A stretch of DNA of 64,000 bases from Octopus vulgaris (GCA_951406725.2 OX597814.1:209126001-209190000); one strand, 5' to 3'. Counted from the stretch's first letter, positions 37,690-51,683 are shown. The notes: a model not told the origin generated them from the letters alone. Translations and numbers: made by a program.

Positions 37690-38312
37690 ATGCATCACTG
37701 GGCCTCCTTCGGTCAGAGCTGACAATGGGTAGTATCCTTGCTGTTTTCAGCTCAGCTGGAGCAGCGTCTTCAGTGGCTAAACAGACCTATCCGTGAGTGA
37801 CAGTCTCTGTAACATAGAGCACATTTGTATACAGTCTCAGGTCTGTTCGAGTTACTGCATTACTTTTGTCGGGATCGATTGTCTGCTGCTGTGCCCATTA
37901 ACCTCTTTTTCCCTGATCTGAGGTGTTCATTCAGGGTGTTCCTCCATGTTGGCCACTCTGCTGCGAAGCTCTCCCAGGACTCTGTATTGATGACTCGGGC
38001 CTTCATGTCTCTTTTTACATCAACCCTGTATCGCAGCCTAGGTCGACAGGTGTGTCTTCTTCCAGATACCAGCACTCAAAGAGAATGTCCTTTCGGATGC
38101 AGCCATCCTTCATGCAGTAGCTGTATCCTAGCAAGTGCATTCTGCGTTGTCAAAGCAGGGTGAATATGCTGGAAGGGCTTGTAAGATTCAGGACCTCAGC
38201 ATTGGACAGTCTGTTTTGCTACGATATACTTAGGATGTAGCTTAGGCTTCTCAGAAGGAAGGTGTTGAGTCGCCTGTCCTGTCTGGCATATGTGGCCCAA
38301 GTTTCACTGCCA
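37690..38312 (-). mobile_element. RTE/BovB-type LINE 3' fragment
   Basis: YGSETWATYARQDRRLNTF..; SGRRHTCRPRLRYRVDVKRDMK..INTESWESFAAEWPTWR. Confidence 0.85.
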
Positions 38313-38440
38313 TACATACATACATACATACATACATACATACATACATACATACATACATACATACATACATACACGCACGCACACATGCAAGCATGCA
38401 CGCATGCACGCACATACATACGAACGCACACACACATACA

Positions 38441-39784
38441 TCAGGTTGAGTCAAAAGTTTTTTCGTCTTTTAAGTTTCAATTAACAGCTCAAACAAATTA
38501 CATACGAAAAGCACTTAGTTATCAAAATATATCCCATCATATTCTATTTTCTGTTGCCATTGTTGCGTTAGGAGCTCAATTCCACCCTTATATCATTTGG
38601 CTGGTTAAGAAGCAAGAACCTCCATGTACCCGTTTTCAACCTCAGTCCACATTGTTGAGTCTCCGTCTGTGCAGGAAATGAGTCATAGCTCGGAAAAAAT
38701 TGGTAATCTGATGGTGTAAGTCTGGACTGTAGGCATGGTGAAGCAGCACTTCTAACCCGTAAAGTTCCTCAACCTTACACTTGGTCACATTGGCAATGTG
38801 TGCTGGGGCATTGCTATGCTGTAGGAGACCACGTCTTCGATTAGTCAATGCCAACTAGTGCGCTAGTGGGCTTTCAAAGTGTTATATACTCGCTACTATT
38901 GCTGGAAGAAACCACTAATTTCTCTTAATGGGGGGTTACGGAAATAGATCCATTTTACATCCTCAGTTACAGTAGCCGTTCAAGAATTTGGTCCTGGAGA
39001 TCTCCATTTCCAGCGACTTCGAGGGCTTCCTCCTAGTAGTGTCGGGCGTCAACAAAGAGCCCTCGACTACAACAAGACGACCAAAGTTCTTTCTTTCCAA
39101 GGTCTGGGGGTCTCCCACCCCTAAGCCCTAGACCATCACTTAATCTCCCTTACCCGTCTTGTTGCTTAACAACAACAACAACAACAACAACCAGTTACAG
39201 TTCAACCCCGAAAATGGGTATCCCGAAGATTTGTCGGCAGTTATTTCCAAATGTCCTCACGTTGTTAAATCTGATCGTTGGTCAATTCACAAGGAGCTTA
39301 TCGACAGCGTCTGTTCACAAGGTTGAGCCTATAGAAGTGTAGAATAAGGTTGCTTTGTGAAGGACCAAGTTCTACCTACAATACCCAAGTGTTCGTGCTT
39401 ATCTGTTCAACCATTTCAAGCAACAGAAGGTCCCCCTGACTTTGGTTTGTCTTCGAGGCTAATATAACTTTCCTCGAAACCATTTTTGCCTTACACGCCC
39501 TTTGACAGTTCCTGGGTCTTTCACATTTCTTTTGCCGCGACCATTGTATTCAGTCCTTTCTTACGCACGTAACATAAATTGGGTTCTTTTGCAATTTTTC
39601 AACGTTCATTATCAAAGCTTTAAAATATAAAATACTTAATTGATACTTAATGCTATATATGAAAATAAAGAATAAAGAATTTAGCAACGATTGGACAAGT
39701 TCTATCAAATTAATGATATAACATGGAAATACAAGTTACCAAAAATCACAGCGAACATACGTAAAAGCTTTTGATTCAATCTGA
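38441..39784 (-). mobile_element. Degenerate mariner transposon with a nested retroposon
   Basis: TIRs TCAGGTTGAGTCAAAAGTTTT / AAAAGCTTTTGATTCAATCTGA; SLEDKPKSGGPS, TVTEDVKWIYF, LLQHSNAPAH and AYSPDL motifs. Confidence 0.85.
38974..39191 (+). mobile_element. Truncated retroposon with (AAC)n tail
   Basis: 10-bp TSD CAGTTACAGT at 38964-38973 and 39192-39201. Confidence 0.7.
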
Positions 39785-39840
<56 letters not shown>

Positions 39841-39859
39841 TAGTAGAGAGAGAGAGAGA

Positions 39860-40505
39860 GATAAGAAAGTTGGTTTGTGAAAGCACGTGGTTGAATATAT
39901 AGAAAATAGTAAAAACTGAAAAAACTACAGAAGGCTTAAAGGTTAAAAATTATATATTTGAGTCAATATGTCTGAAGAATATTAAAAAAATTTTTTGTAC
40001 AATGACATAATTTAGAAGAAAGACCGGTTTCGCGTTTAGCTTTTCAAATTTCTTACGACGTTATGTTTATGTTGAACAGAGTTATCGTTATGTTTATGTT
40101 TAAAAGAGTTCTAAATAAGGGGAGGTAATGAGTGATTTCTTCCGGTGTAAGGGAGATAATCGCTTACAATTTTTTTCCTTCCCTTGGTGTGAATTTCTCT
40201 GTATCAGTATGTTGGCATGGTTAAGTCTGGGCTTGTACTTTTCAATGAAGAATGTTTCCTTGTTTAGTCTAATTTGTGTTGATGATCCGATAGCACATTG
40301 GTTAAATGGAAAGATTAAAAATTGTGGTAGTAGATGCTTTGCGCATTTCTCAATGTGCTCACTAAAAGGTATCATTCTGTATTCTGGGAATGCAATCTGT
40401 TGTCGATGCAGTGTGCATCTACGTCTGAGTGATAGTCCCGTGGATCCCACGTAGTCTTGGTGGCAGCCCGAGCATTTTATGACATAAATTATGTTTTCAG
40501 ATCTT
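39860..40505 (-). mobile_element. Penelope-like element 3' part (GIY-YIG) with downstream HHR
   Basis: SENIIYVIKCSGCHQDYVGSTGLSLRRRCTLHRQQI..RLNKETFFIEKYKPRLN. Confidence 0.88.
40016..40054 (-). ncRNA. Minimal type I hammerhead motif (U3-A8 variant)
   Basis: AAGAAAT-TTGAAAA-GC taaac GC-GAAAC-CG-GTC-TTTCTT. Confidence 0.55.
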
Positions 40506-40506
40506 G

Positions 40507-40565
<59 letters not shown>

Positions 40566-40676
40566 CTGAAAAGTGGTTATTGTATATAAAAAGAAAACCG
40601 GATGAAAATGTATAGTAAAGTTAATTCTTTTAGACAAACCGAAAGACAAGGTGTCAGATGTCATTTCATTTAGACA

Positions 40677-40828
40677 GGCGTAAACATGGCTGTGCGGTTA
40701 AGTTTTGTTTCCTCACCATATGATTTCTAGTTTACCATGGCACCATGGGTAAGTGCTTTCAACTCTTGCACCAGGTCAACAAAAGAGCCTTATGAAGGAA
40801 TCTGGTAGACGGAAACTGAAAAGAAGCC

Positions 40829-40869
<41 letters not shown>

Positions 40870-41295
40870 TATATAGGGAGAGAGAGAGAGAGATAAAGAT
40901 AGAGATGGCCGGTTTGTCTATCTTTATCTCTATACTCTACTGCTCTATAACTTTTTTCGGATTTATGATTTACTAACGATATCCATGCATATATATATAT
41001 ATATATATATATCGTTATTAACGATGTGTGTGTGTGTGTGTGCATGCTTGTATGTATGACTGTGTCTACGTGTTTGTGTCTTCTCATCTGCATACCATAT
41101 GGCAGTTGTAAACGAATGCCACCTTTATACGAACAGTGTTATTTGTTTTAAGTCTTCCAAGAAACCATATCCAGTCATGTGAAAATATTACCTTGCTTGA
41201 AAACAGATGAAAGTTGACGATATAAAGGGTAAAATCTGCCTCAATGGATTCCTTGCTAGCATGAAAAAGTGAACGTCAAAAAAAAAATTATGACG
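40677..41295 (+). mobile_element. Diverged SINE with a family-A-like head and a different tail, microsatellite-interrupted
   Basis: GGCGTAAACATGGCTGTGCGGTTAAG..TGGTAGACGGAAACTGAAAAGAAGCC head. Confidence 0.65.
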
Positions 41296-41354
<59 letters not shown>

Positions 41355-41548
41355 GCATGTATGTATGTATGCATGTATGTATGTATGTATGTATGTATGT
41401 ATGTATGTATATAATTTAGAGAAAAACCTCTATTAAACAATTCAATAAAGATGTTATTCACACCATATAAAAAAACATATACTATAAAAAATTATATACA
41501 TATATTATATATTGTGAAATTTGATTTAAAATTGTTAAATTATATTTC

Positions 41549-41586
<38 letters not shown>

Positions 41587-41865
41587 TAACCCTTCTCTCT
41601 TACCCTCTGAATTTTTCCCTGTAAGTTTTGGAGTTATTTTCTCTCTTTTGTCTCAAACTAGGGCCCTATCATTTTTAACCGTTACTGTTCCAAAAAATTT
41701 TTGCATGTTCGTCTGTTGGGCATTCTTTCCTTCTGTGCTGGCTATTCAGGCGGATCTCAGAATTAAACGCCGAAATCCGCGATGAGGAATCATACTAAGA
41801 ACGAGCTTTGAATGACCGTTTGTCTTTGTTCGTCCCTTCGTGTATTTCATATTTATTTATAAGGT

Positions 41866-41913
<48 letters not shown>

Positions 41914-42009
41914 GCACACATCAAAAAAGCACATTATTCGTAACCTGTAATATTATGTATAACTGCCATTATGAAATAAGGGAACTTGTATTTGGTGATT
42001 TTTTCTTAT

Positions 42010-42145
42010 TCTACTGTGTCCGGAAAGAGTCATTCTCTTTCGGTGCCTTATTTCTGAACACACTCACCGGTTCGATTTCCACTCATTTACTTACTTATTT
42101 TTCCTAAAATTTTCGTTGCGTCTTGCAGCCTCTTCAATAATAGTT
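42010..42145 (-). mobile_element. Second copy of the 26.3-26.5 kb repeat with HHR-like motif (42104-42140)
   Basis: TTGAAGA-G-GCTGC aagac GCAAC-GAAAA-TTT-TAG, same flanking sequence. Confidence 0.6.
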
Positions 42146-42675
42146 GACTCTGTCCGATTCTTCTTATGTTTAATTTTGAACTCCTAAAATCACAAAGTTT
42201 AAACAAATGCTGTTTTATTCTTTTAATCCGCTTTTCGTTTCTGCAGTCCAATTTTTTTTTCTTTCGCGGGTGTCTTTACTTATATACCATAACACACTCA
42301 CAGTCGACTATAAAATCCACCGAAATTTTGAAAACTTGGGTCAACGTTATTAGAATTTCTGTAACACTAATCACGCTGACACAAACATGAGTTACGTTAG
42401 TATTAACATATTTAATGTAGTGAGCATTAAATAACTAATTATGCAGTGAGAAGAAATTAAAAAGACGATGTAAGCTCAGTTTTCATAGCCTTACTTTCGT
42501 ATGGAAACTTTTTGCTGCTAAAGGTATGTATGATGTTTGTGTCAAGTGATGGGGTATTATAAAAGTAAAGATACCTAATAGAAGTCTCATCCTCCCAGTT
42601 TTATGTCGTTGCCCCATTTTCTCTGCGGAGTTCAAAGATAATGGAGAATCACACACGCATGCGCACACGTACTCA

Positions 42676-42710
<35 letters not shown>

Positions 42711-42809
42711 GCGCACATGTATATATACAAGCAGACAATATACATGTTATAAATATTTATCTATATAATACTCTTTTAATCTTTTACTGGTTCCAGTTAA
42801 CGGCCCGTG

Positions 42810-43001
42810 ACTGTATGTATGTATGTACGTTCGTATGTATGTATGTATGTATGTATGTATGTATGTATGTATGTATGTATGTATGTATGTATGTATGTAT
42901 GTGTGTATGTATGTATGTATGTATGTATGTATGTGTGTATGTATTTATGTATGCATGTATGTATGTATATATGTATGTATGTATGTATGTATATATGTAT
43001 G

Positions 43002-43035
<34 letters not shown>

Positions 43036-43875
43036 CGTATGTATGTATGTAAATGTGTATGTTTGTATTTGTGTATGTACGTGTACATACATATGTGTGT
43101 GTGTGTGTGTGCGAATCTATCTATATGCGCATATACATGTGCACATATATATCCACGCACATGCAAACATATATACATACATACTTATATACATACATAC
43201 GTAAATGTTGAACGATAAAATGAGTGCTGTTTTGTTTCTTTGTTCGTTTTAAAATATATATATATATATATACATACATACATGCATACATATATATATA
43301 TATATATATATAGATATATATATATATATATACATACATGCATATTTATATATATATATATTTAGATATATATGTATGTGTATACGGGTATATATATATA
43401 ACACGTACATACGCATAAATCGCTTTATCTTTATATATATACATACAAACACTCACATACACACACATACACACACATACACACACACATACACACACAC
43501 ATACCCACACACCCACCCATACACCCACACACCCACACACCCACACAAATTTCCTGTTTGTTCAATTCATAGACACAAATTCATGGCACTGAATACCTGT
43601 TGAGTCGATATACACACTGGGTTGTTAAATACCTCATTCTGATGAAATAAAATTATACTGCCTTCCTTTATGTATCATGTATATTTGCGGGTACATATAC
43701 ACATATGTGTGCATGTATGTATGTATGTATGTATATATACACATATGTATATGTATATATATTTATATCTATATATATGTAAATATATATACATATACAT
43801 ATGTATATATATACATATATATATATATATAAATACATATATGTGTGTGTATATATATGTATATATGTATATCTA

Positions 43876-43921
<46 letters not shown>

Positions 43922-43958
43922 CATATATATGTATATATGTATATATGTATATACATGC

Positions 43959-43992
<34 letters not shown>

Positions 43993-44103
43993 ATTATATA
44001 TATATAAATACATATATATGTGTGTGTGTATATATGTATATATGTATATCTATATATGTATATATATATATATAAATACATGTATATGTATATATGTATA
44101 TAC

Positions 44104-44171
<68 letters not shown>

Positions 44172-44400
44172 CTCTATCTATCTCTCTATCTATCTATATT
44201 ATATATATATATAAATACATATATATGTCTGTGTGTATATATATGTATATATATGTATATATGTATATCTATATATGTATATATAGATATATATATAAAT
44301 ACATATATATGTATATATAGATATATATATATATAAATACATATATATATGTATATACAAGCATCTATCTATCTATCTGTCTATCTATCTATATTTGTAA
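42810..44400. repeat. Compound (TATG)n/(TA)n/(CA)n/(TCTA)n low-complexity region
   Basis: Directly visible. Confidence 0.9.
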
Positions 44401-44484
44401 ACATAAATACACACACAAAGCTGCTGCATATTTAAGTGTATGTACACTCACTCGTGCACTCACATCCTTACACATTCACGTACA

Positions 44485-44521
<37 letters not shown>

Positions 44522-44900
44522 ACACGCACACACAACTCCTCTCTCATTCAAATTCATGCACTCAACACAACGCTCACTTTCCTAGGTTCTCTCCACTTTG
44601 TACATTTTACTTGATGTCGCATTATTGAATTTTAGTGAATTTTCATACTCCCTACACAAATAGGCGACTTCTCTCTTTCTCTCTCTGTTTTCTGTCTCCA
44701 CTTCCCTTTCTCACTCCCTCGCACACCCCTCTTACAACCGCATATCTATATTTTATCTATAAAAGGACATAAAGTACTCCTATTTTCATATTTATTTATT
44801 TATCTATCTATCTTTCAATTTATCTAATCTCGTACACCCTCGCCTACATCTGTCTATCTACTTCATAACTCATATATAAATGTATGTAGAAACATCTGTG

Positions 44901-44950
<50 letters not shown>

Positions 44951-44988
44951 CTTCATAACTCATATAGATGTATGTAGAAACATATCTG

Positions 44989-45040
<52 letters not shown>

Positions 45041-45089
45041 CATGTATGTATGTTTGTATGTGCGTATGTGTGTATATATATATATATAT

Positions 45090-45143
<54 letters not shown>

Positions 45144-45218
45144 GCACAAAAAGGTAGGTAAATAGATAATAGATTAGACAGAGCGAGAGAGAGGAGGGAG
45201 GTGAAAGAAAAGTGTGTG

Positions 45219-45286
<68 letters not shown>

Positions 45287-45909
45287 TGAGGGGAAGGAGA
45301 AAGAAAGAAAGAAAGAAAGGAAAAAGAGCAAGATCTAGAAAGTGAGTGAGAAAGAAAGTGAAAATATTCAGTCAGCTGGAGTCTTTGGTGATTGATAGAA
45401 GTGCATCATTAACTAAAACGACATTAAGTGAAACACTATCAAAGCAGAATACAAATGGCGCATAGAGTAGTGAATCAGACATCAAATACTTGGAGCAGTG
45501 ATTCACACATCAAATACAGTTATGCACTGAGTATCTTGGAATTGCGTTTTAATTTTTTATGGAGATAACATTGACATTTCTTCCATTTTTTTTTGTTTAT
45601 AGAGTAGTTATTGTCGTTGTTTAATGATGTCGTCGTTGTCGTTGTTGATGTTAGTGTTGCTGTTGTTGTTGTTGTTGTTGTTCAATCTTCCTCCGCCTCT
45701 CACCCCAGGTCTGTTGATAAAGCAGCTGTCATTAGTTGTGTCGGCCGTGTTGGTATATATTTACTGCCCAATGTTTCAATGGTTCGTATACTTTGACCGA
45801 AGGATAAACTCTTAATTAAGCGGTTAATTCTAATTAGATAGTTAAAATTTGCTCTATATTAGTAATGCTGTTGTTGTTGTTGTTATCATTATTATTATTG
45901 TTACAAAGA

Positions 45910-46790
45910 AGGCGACGAGTTGGCAGAATCGTTAGCACGTCAGGCAAAATGCTTAGCGTCATTTCGTCTGTCTTTACGTTCTAAGTTCAAATTCCGCTGA
46001 GGTCGACTTTCCCTTTCATCCTTTCAGGATCAATAAAATAAGTACCTATTTCTTTATTACCCACAAGGGGCTAAACACAGAGGGGACAAACAAGGACAGA
46101 CATAGGTATTAAGTCGATTACAGCGACCCCAGTGCGTAACTGGTACTTAATTTATCGACCCCGAAAGGATGAAAGGCAAAGTCCACCTCGGCGGAATTTG
46201 AACTCACAACGTAACGACAGACGAAATACAGCTACGCATTTCACCCGGCGTCAGTTGAGTACTGGTGTCAGTGTAATCGACTATCTCCTTCACCTAAAAT
46301 TTCAAGCCGTGTGCCTATTGTAGAAAAGATTATTATTATCATTATTATTACAAATGAGGCGGTGAGCTGGCAGGATCGTTAACACACTGGACAAAATCCG
46401 GAGATGTATTTTTCCCGCTTTACATTCCGATTTAAAATTCCAACGAGGTCGACTTTGTCTTTCATCCTTTTGGGGTCGATAAATGAGTTGCAGTCGAGTA
46501 TTGGGTTTGATATAATCAACTATCGCCCCGTGCCTATATTAGAAGGGATTATTATCATTAAGGGGCCGACGGGCTGGCAGAATTGTCAGCGTGTCGAACA
46601 AAATGCTTAGTAGCAACTATTCCGACTCATTAAATTCTTAGTTCAAATTCTGCCGTGTCGACTTTGTCATTCATCCTTTCGAGCTTCATGAAATAAATAC
46701 CAGTTGAGCACTGGAGTCCACGAAATCGTCTTTCCCTTCATTCCTTAGAATTTGCTGGCATTGTGCCAAGATTTGTAATTATTATTATTA
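45910..46790. mobile_element. Cluster of SINE B-related copies, with a younger minus copy (46046-46250) nested in an older plus copy
   Basis: Outer copy split at AAGTACC|AGTTGAGTACTGG; further diverged copies follow. Confidence 0.85.
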
Positions 46791-46805
46791 TCATTGGTTT
46801 CTAGT

Positions 46806-46908
46806 GGAGGCGCAATGGCCCAGTGGTTAGTGCAGCGGACTTGCGGTTTCGATTCCCAGTTGTGTGTGTTTATTGAACGAAAACACCTAAAGTTCCACGA
46901 GGCTCCGT
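46806..46908 (+). mobile_element. SINE family C 5' fragment
   Basis: Matches the head of 33359-33746. Confidence 0.85.
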
Positions 46909-47117
46909 GGGTCGATGATATAACTCTCAATCAAGAACTGCAATCGATATAATTGTCTCTATAATTGAGTATGTTCTCATTTCATCATACACCATCTTGC
47001 CTAGTGTTAGAAACAGTTATTTAGAAGGTCATTTGTATATCTTTAAATATAAATATGTTTAGTTTAATTTGATAGTTATGTTGTATTGAAGATTATAAAT
47101 GGGGCCTCGATTGATTA

Positions 47118-49057
47118 CACTAGGCAACAAAGATTTTGCTAAAGAAGAGCAAATAGGTGTACCTAGCTACTTTTTGTATGTTGATTTCAAATCTATAATT
47201 AGATTTTTATCTAACACGTTTAGATTTTGTGTAAAATGCAAATCACTTGGTAAAATTTCCTACCACGTCCAGATTTTGGTTTTAATCGGCTTAATGCCAA
47301 TAATATGAAACTTGCTTTTCAAGGTTAAAGCAATTTTTGTTTGCCAACTATGTACAAATTCTAACGATTTTCATCAACAAAATTTATTCCGAGTTGGCAA
47401 CACTGAGTCAAGAGCATAGAAACAGCTCAATGGTCAGTCGTTATATAACAGTCAAGAAGAGCGGTTGTTGAAGACAGGTTGTTGAAGATTCTATTAGAGA
47501 TACGGAAAAGGGGAAAGATGGCGTATGTGTTCCAGATGCAAGTAGTTTCCCATATTTGTCAAGTCAAGTGGACGTTAAATGGCTTAGGACGTGGTTTGGA
47601 ATTACCAGAAGAAAAGGTAGTATTGCTCGGATCCAGACTTCAAGAACAGAATTTTTTCCAGCCGAACACCAGTTTCCCATTTCCGTTATCACCATTTCCA
47701 TCTGCGATTTTCATCATTTTACTTACGAGAAAAAAAACGGTTGTTTCTGCCACAATATCAGTGGCCTGATGGCAAGGATTGGCTTTCGCTATGATCCAGA
47801 AGAACAGAGATTGTTCATTGACTCAAGTAAAGCTCGCCTTAAAGATGTATTACTGCACAACGGCAATAAAAAAACTTTCACTGTCTGTAACATATGCCAC
47901 TGGCTTTAATGACACTTATGAATCAATGGAACCGCTGCTAAGGCTCATCAAATATAAGGACCACATATATAATATGTGTGAGGACTTTAAAATTGTATCA
48001 TTACTTCTTGGATTACAGTTGGACCACACAAAACATGTGCTTTTTGTGTCTAGAGAACAGTAGAGGTGACAAGAACCACAATAAAAAACATGATTGGCCA
48101 TCTAGAACTAGATATGTTGATAAACACAATGTGAAACACCCAGCCCTTAATGACCTTCAGAAAGTACATTTTCCACCACTTCACATTAAACTTGGCCTTA
48201 TGAAAAATTTCGTGAAGGGTATGGACCATCAAAGTAGTGGTTCCCAATATTCAAAGATTAAATTCAAAGGGATATTGATAGATGCTAAGCTAGAAGCTGG
48301 AGTTTTCACTGGACCACAGATCCGCAGTGTCATCCACGACACACGGTTTCCATTTAATCTAGATGAGAATTGGACTTGGAGCGTGGACATCTTTTGTCGA
48401 AGTTGTCAAAACTTTTTTTGGAAACCACAAAGCTGAAGACTACCTGAACTTGTAGAAAACACGCTTAAATCTTATGAAAAAAATGGGATGCAAAATGTCT
48501 TTGAAAATGCATTTTTTACACACTCATCTTGACTACTTCCTGGCCAACCTTGGGGTAGTGAGTGACGAGTATGGTGAGTGCTTCCACCAACAGATCTCAG
48601 TCATGGAAATCAGACACCAAGGTAATTATTGCTGGTTCCTGCAGAAGGTGAGCTCGTTATCATACAGGTGACAAAGGAAGAGGAAACACAAGCTTTTACT
48701 TAAGAAAAGAAATTGCCTTTCGGTAGTAACAACAAAATACTAACGCGCTTTAGGTGGATAGTCAGGTGCAGGGGTGATCGCTCCACCAGTGGAATTCTGC
48801 GGACTGTCTTAAGCCGGAAAAGGAGGAAAGACACCCCTGTTCATTAATTATTTAAGTATGCTTAACATAAAACGTGGCACGGAAAAGTATCTTAGACAAC
48901 TTTCGTAATAGAAACAGGTGAGAAAAATGAAAAATAAGGGTTTTCAGTTACACAAAATCTAGACGTGATAGAGAAATTTAAACATCAGATTTGAAATTAG
49001 CATCAGAATTTTGGTAGGTACCAGTAGTTTAAAAAAGGTGAAATTTGTTGCCTAGTG
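47118..49057 (+). mobile_element. Chapaev3-like (CMC superfamily) DNA transposon, transposase pseudogenised
   Basis: TIR CACTAGGCAACAAA, 3-bp TTA TSD; RLFIDSSKARLKDVLLHNGN, FPPLHIKLGLMKNFVK, GVFTGPQIR, MSLKMHFLHTHLDYF..SDEYGECFHQ. Confidence 0.88.
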
Positions 49058-49147
49058 TTATAAATTATTGATTGATTTTAACAGGATTACTACACTTTGT
49101 ATTAATTTATATTATATTATATTATATTATATTATATTATATTATAT

Positions 49148-49214
<67 letters not shown>

Positions 49215-49849
49215 AGTGGTAACTACACCTACATTTCAATATCTTACTCCACTTAGCTGCCCGTCTACATAATATTGTAGCCACGAATAGGTAACTGCTA
49301 TAGCCGTTACCAGTTGTTAATGACAATGAGAAAACGTTAATGCTGATGAGATAAGCGTCACAGAATCTAGTTCTAAGTGCAATGTTTCAATGTCTAAGAT
49401 ACTTAATTCTCAAAAGAGGTCGACTCACTCAGATGTAAATAGGTACTGCAAAGTAGCAACTGTTCACCACTGTTGGCAACGGTCACTCTTAAATTTAATG
49501 TATTTGAAGTGCTAAGGTGGAGTCCTTCCATGAACACAACATCGGATAGAAACACGCTTGGTATACTATAGGAAGAAGTCTTCAGGGGCGACTCCTACAT
49601 TCCAAACGGTTTGTTGGAGGAGCTGAAAATAAGTTTGACTTCTTGAATCCATGTATGGAAAATCTACCGATGAAGTAATAAGGGTGTCACTACGTGCCTC
49701 CACCCGTTAAATACAGCAACAAAATTTCTCTCAAAATCCTACTGACTCTTTTAGAAAATAACACATTCGATAATGTAATAAAAGTTGAACCTTTTGAATC
49801 CAGCACTCCATTGTCGAGCACGTTTTAAACTTTTAGTTTTTAGACTTTA

Positions 49850-50245
49850 CTAGCAGTATCGCCCGGCGTTGCTCGGGTTTGTAAGGGAAATAACTATATA
49901 AGCATTTTTAGAGAGTTATAGCCAAAAAATAGCAAAAAAATGCATTAAAAATGGAAAAAAAGGATGGTAATTTTTTTTTAAATCGTTGACTCATCGTAGA
50001 CATTTTTAGAGAGTTACTTCCCTTATATAATAGCGAAAAAATGAATCAAAATGGAAAAAAATGATAGTAAATTATTTTTAAAATCGTAGACTCATCGTAG
50101 ACGTGCGCTAATACCCAGAAGGACTCGATATGAATCACGACTATAAGATGCCCGGTTTTGGTTAAACTGCACCGCAAAATGTGGGAGTAGTTAGGAATCT
50201 AAATCGTAGGAGACAGACACACAACTTCTCTTTTATATATAAAGA
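49850..50245 (-). mobile_element. Non-autonomous Helitron
   Basis: Reverse complement of 21002-21391 with the same termini. Confidence 0.9.
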
Positions 50246-51683
50246 TATAACATGAAACGATAATAACATTGTTTGGAAGCATTATTGTTTTACTTCCTGT
50301 TTTAAACCTTATTCTAACTTTGATAAGGTATCAGTGTGTGTGTGTGTGTGTGTGTGTGTATGGACAATAATATGTTTATATAGGGTTTCTTCTTAGCAGT
50401 AAACTTTCCTAAAAAAATATAAACTTTGTGTTCCGGTTTTCTCCCGTGATCTGGTAGTGGCTAAGTTTCAATATTTTCGGAGTTAAGAGGTTCAGCATGT
50501 ACTAATTACACTGTTTGAATAATACGAAGGAGGGATTATCGTGGATGGACGGCCTTTCCTCATAAGGGCTACATTAACAGAGTTTATACGTGTTCAAAGA
50601 ACAATGCGTTTTTGTTTGTTGAGTGTCCGTGTGGTGAACATTTTCCACGTCGCTTGGCTAAAAATGGTAAGGATTTCATTCTTCGTATTCGACACTCTCG
50701 TATCTTGCTTCATTTTTGTTTTAACCTGTTCAACTAGAACAATTTCGACAGTAGAACACCGAAGTTACTAAGAAATTTAAAGTCGTATGGCTTACAGTGC
50801 TGAGATGGAAGCGTGTTAAAAATAGTAATAAAATAACTTAATAAAAAAAAAAAAATAGAAAGAAAAGTAAAATAAACACTCATTGAAAAATCAATTTCCA
50901 GACATTCCATAGAATCGGGTCTGATGTTTCTGATGTTATCAGAAGTAGAAATTTTCAAAATGTTATAAATTTAAAATGCTCACAATCAACTTGTTAAGAA
51001 TATTGACACATAGAAAACCACGAACGCGCGCAACACCCACCCACAAACATTGTTTATTGAGTCAACTGTCATAACTAAGTTTCTGTTCAGTTATATATCA
51101 CGCATGCGTCGTGTGCTGGGTAATATGTATTTCTGAACATAGAAGCAAACATCAACTGTAATTTGCAAATACCAATGTTTTCTTTCTTTAAAACGTGTAG
51201 TTTTGTTTATAGAAGTGTTAAAATAACACAAACTTTCTAAGACTGGGTTTGTTATTTGCAATGTACGGCTGCGTTTTATTTTCTAACATTAACAGCGAAT
51301 ACAGTTGTTGAATTTGGGTCTCATGCTTCCAAATTCAAGTTTTATTATGTCAAAATAGTATACTGTATATCCTACTTAACGTAACGTTTCTACAGTATAT
51401 CGACGTTGAGTAAAATATGCAGAATATTAAAAAAAAATAAGTCATCATATTAATTTATCGAAGTCCTTTTCTGAATATTAGGCGCTTTCTCAGTCAATAA
51501 CAATAAATGTCGTTGCAGTTGTTGTTTAGTCCCAGGCGAACCTTGATCAAACAGAACTCTGGTACTCCAGCCATGACTACCCATCTTTAATTTCCGGCAC
51601 ATGTTCACTGTGTCCTTTCATTGCCTTAAGAAGATAAGCAGTGGGATTGCAAGAATTCTTAGCACTCGTAAGCAAAGATATAT

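Noticed and set aside
41727-41789. Possible additional hammerhead (TTCCT..GGC/GCC-GAAATC..GATG-AGGAA)
   Set aside because: The topology fits, but the first box (TCTGTGCT) and a G at the cleavage position break the core. It is too degenerate to call.
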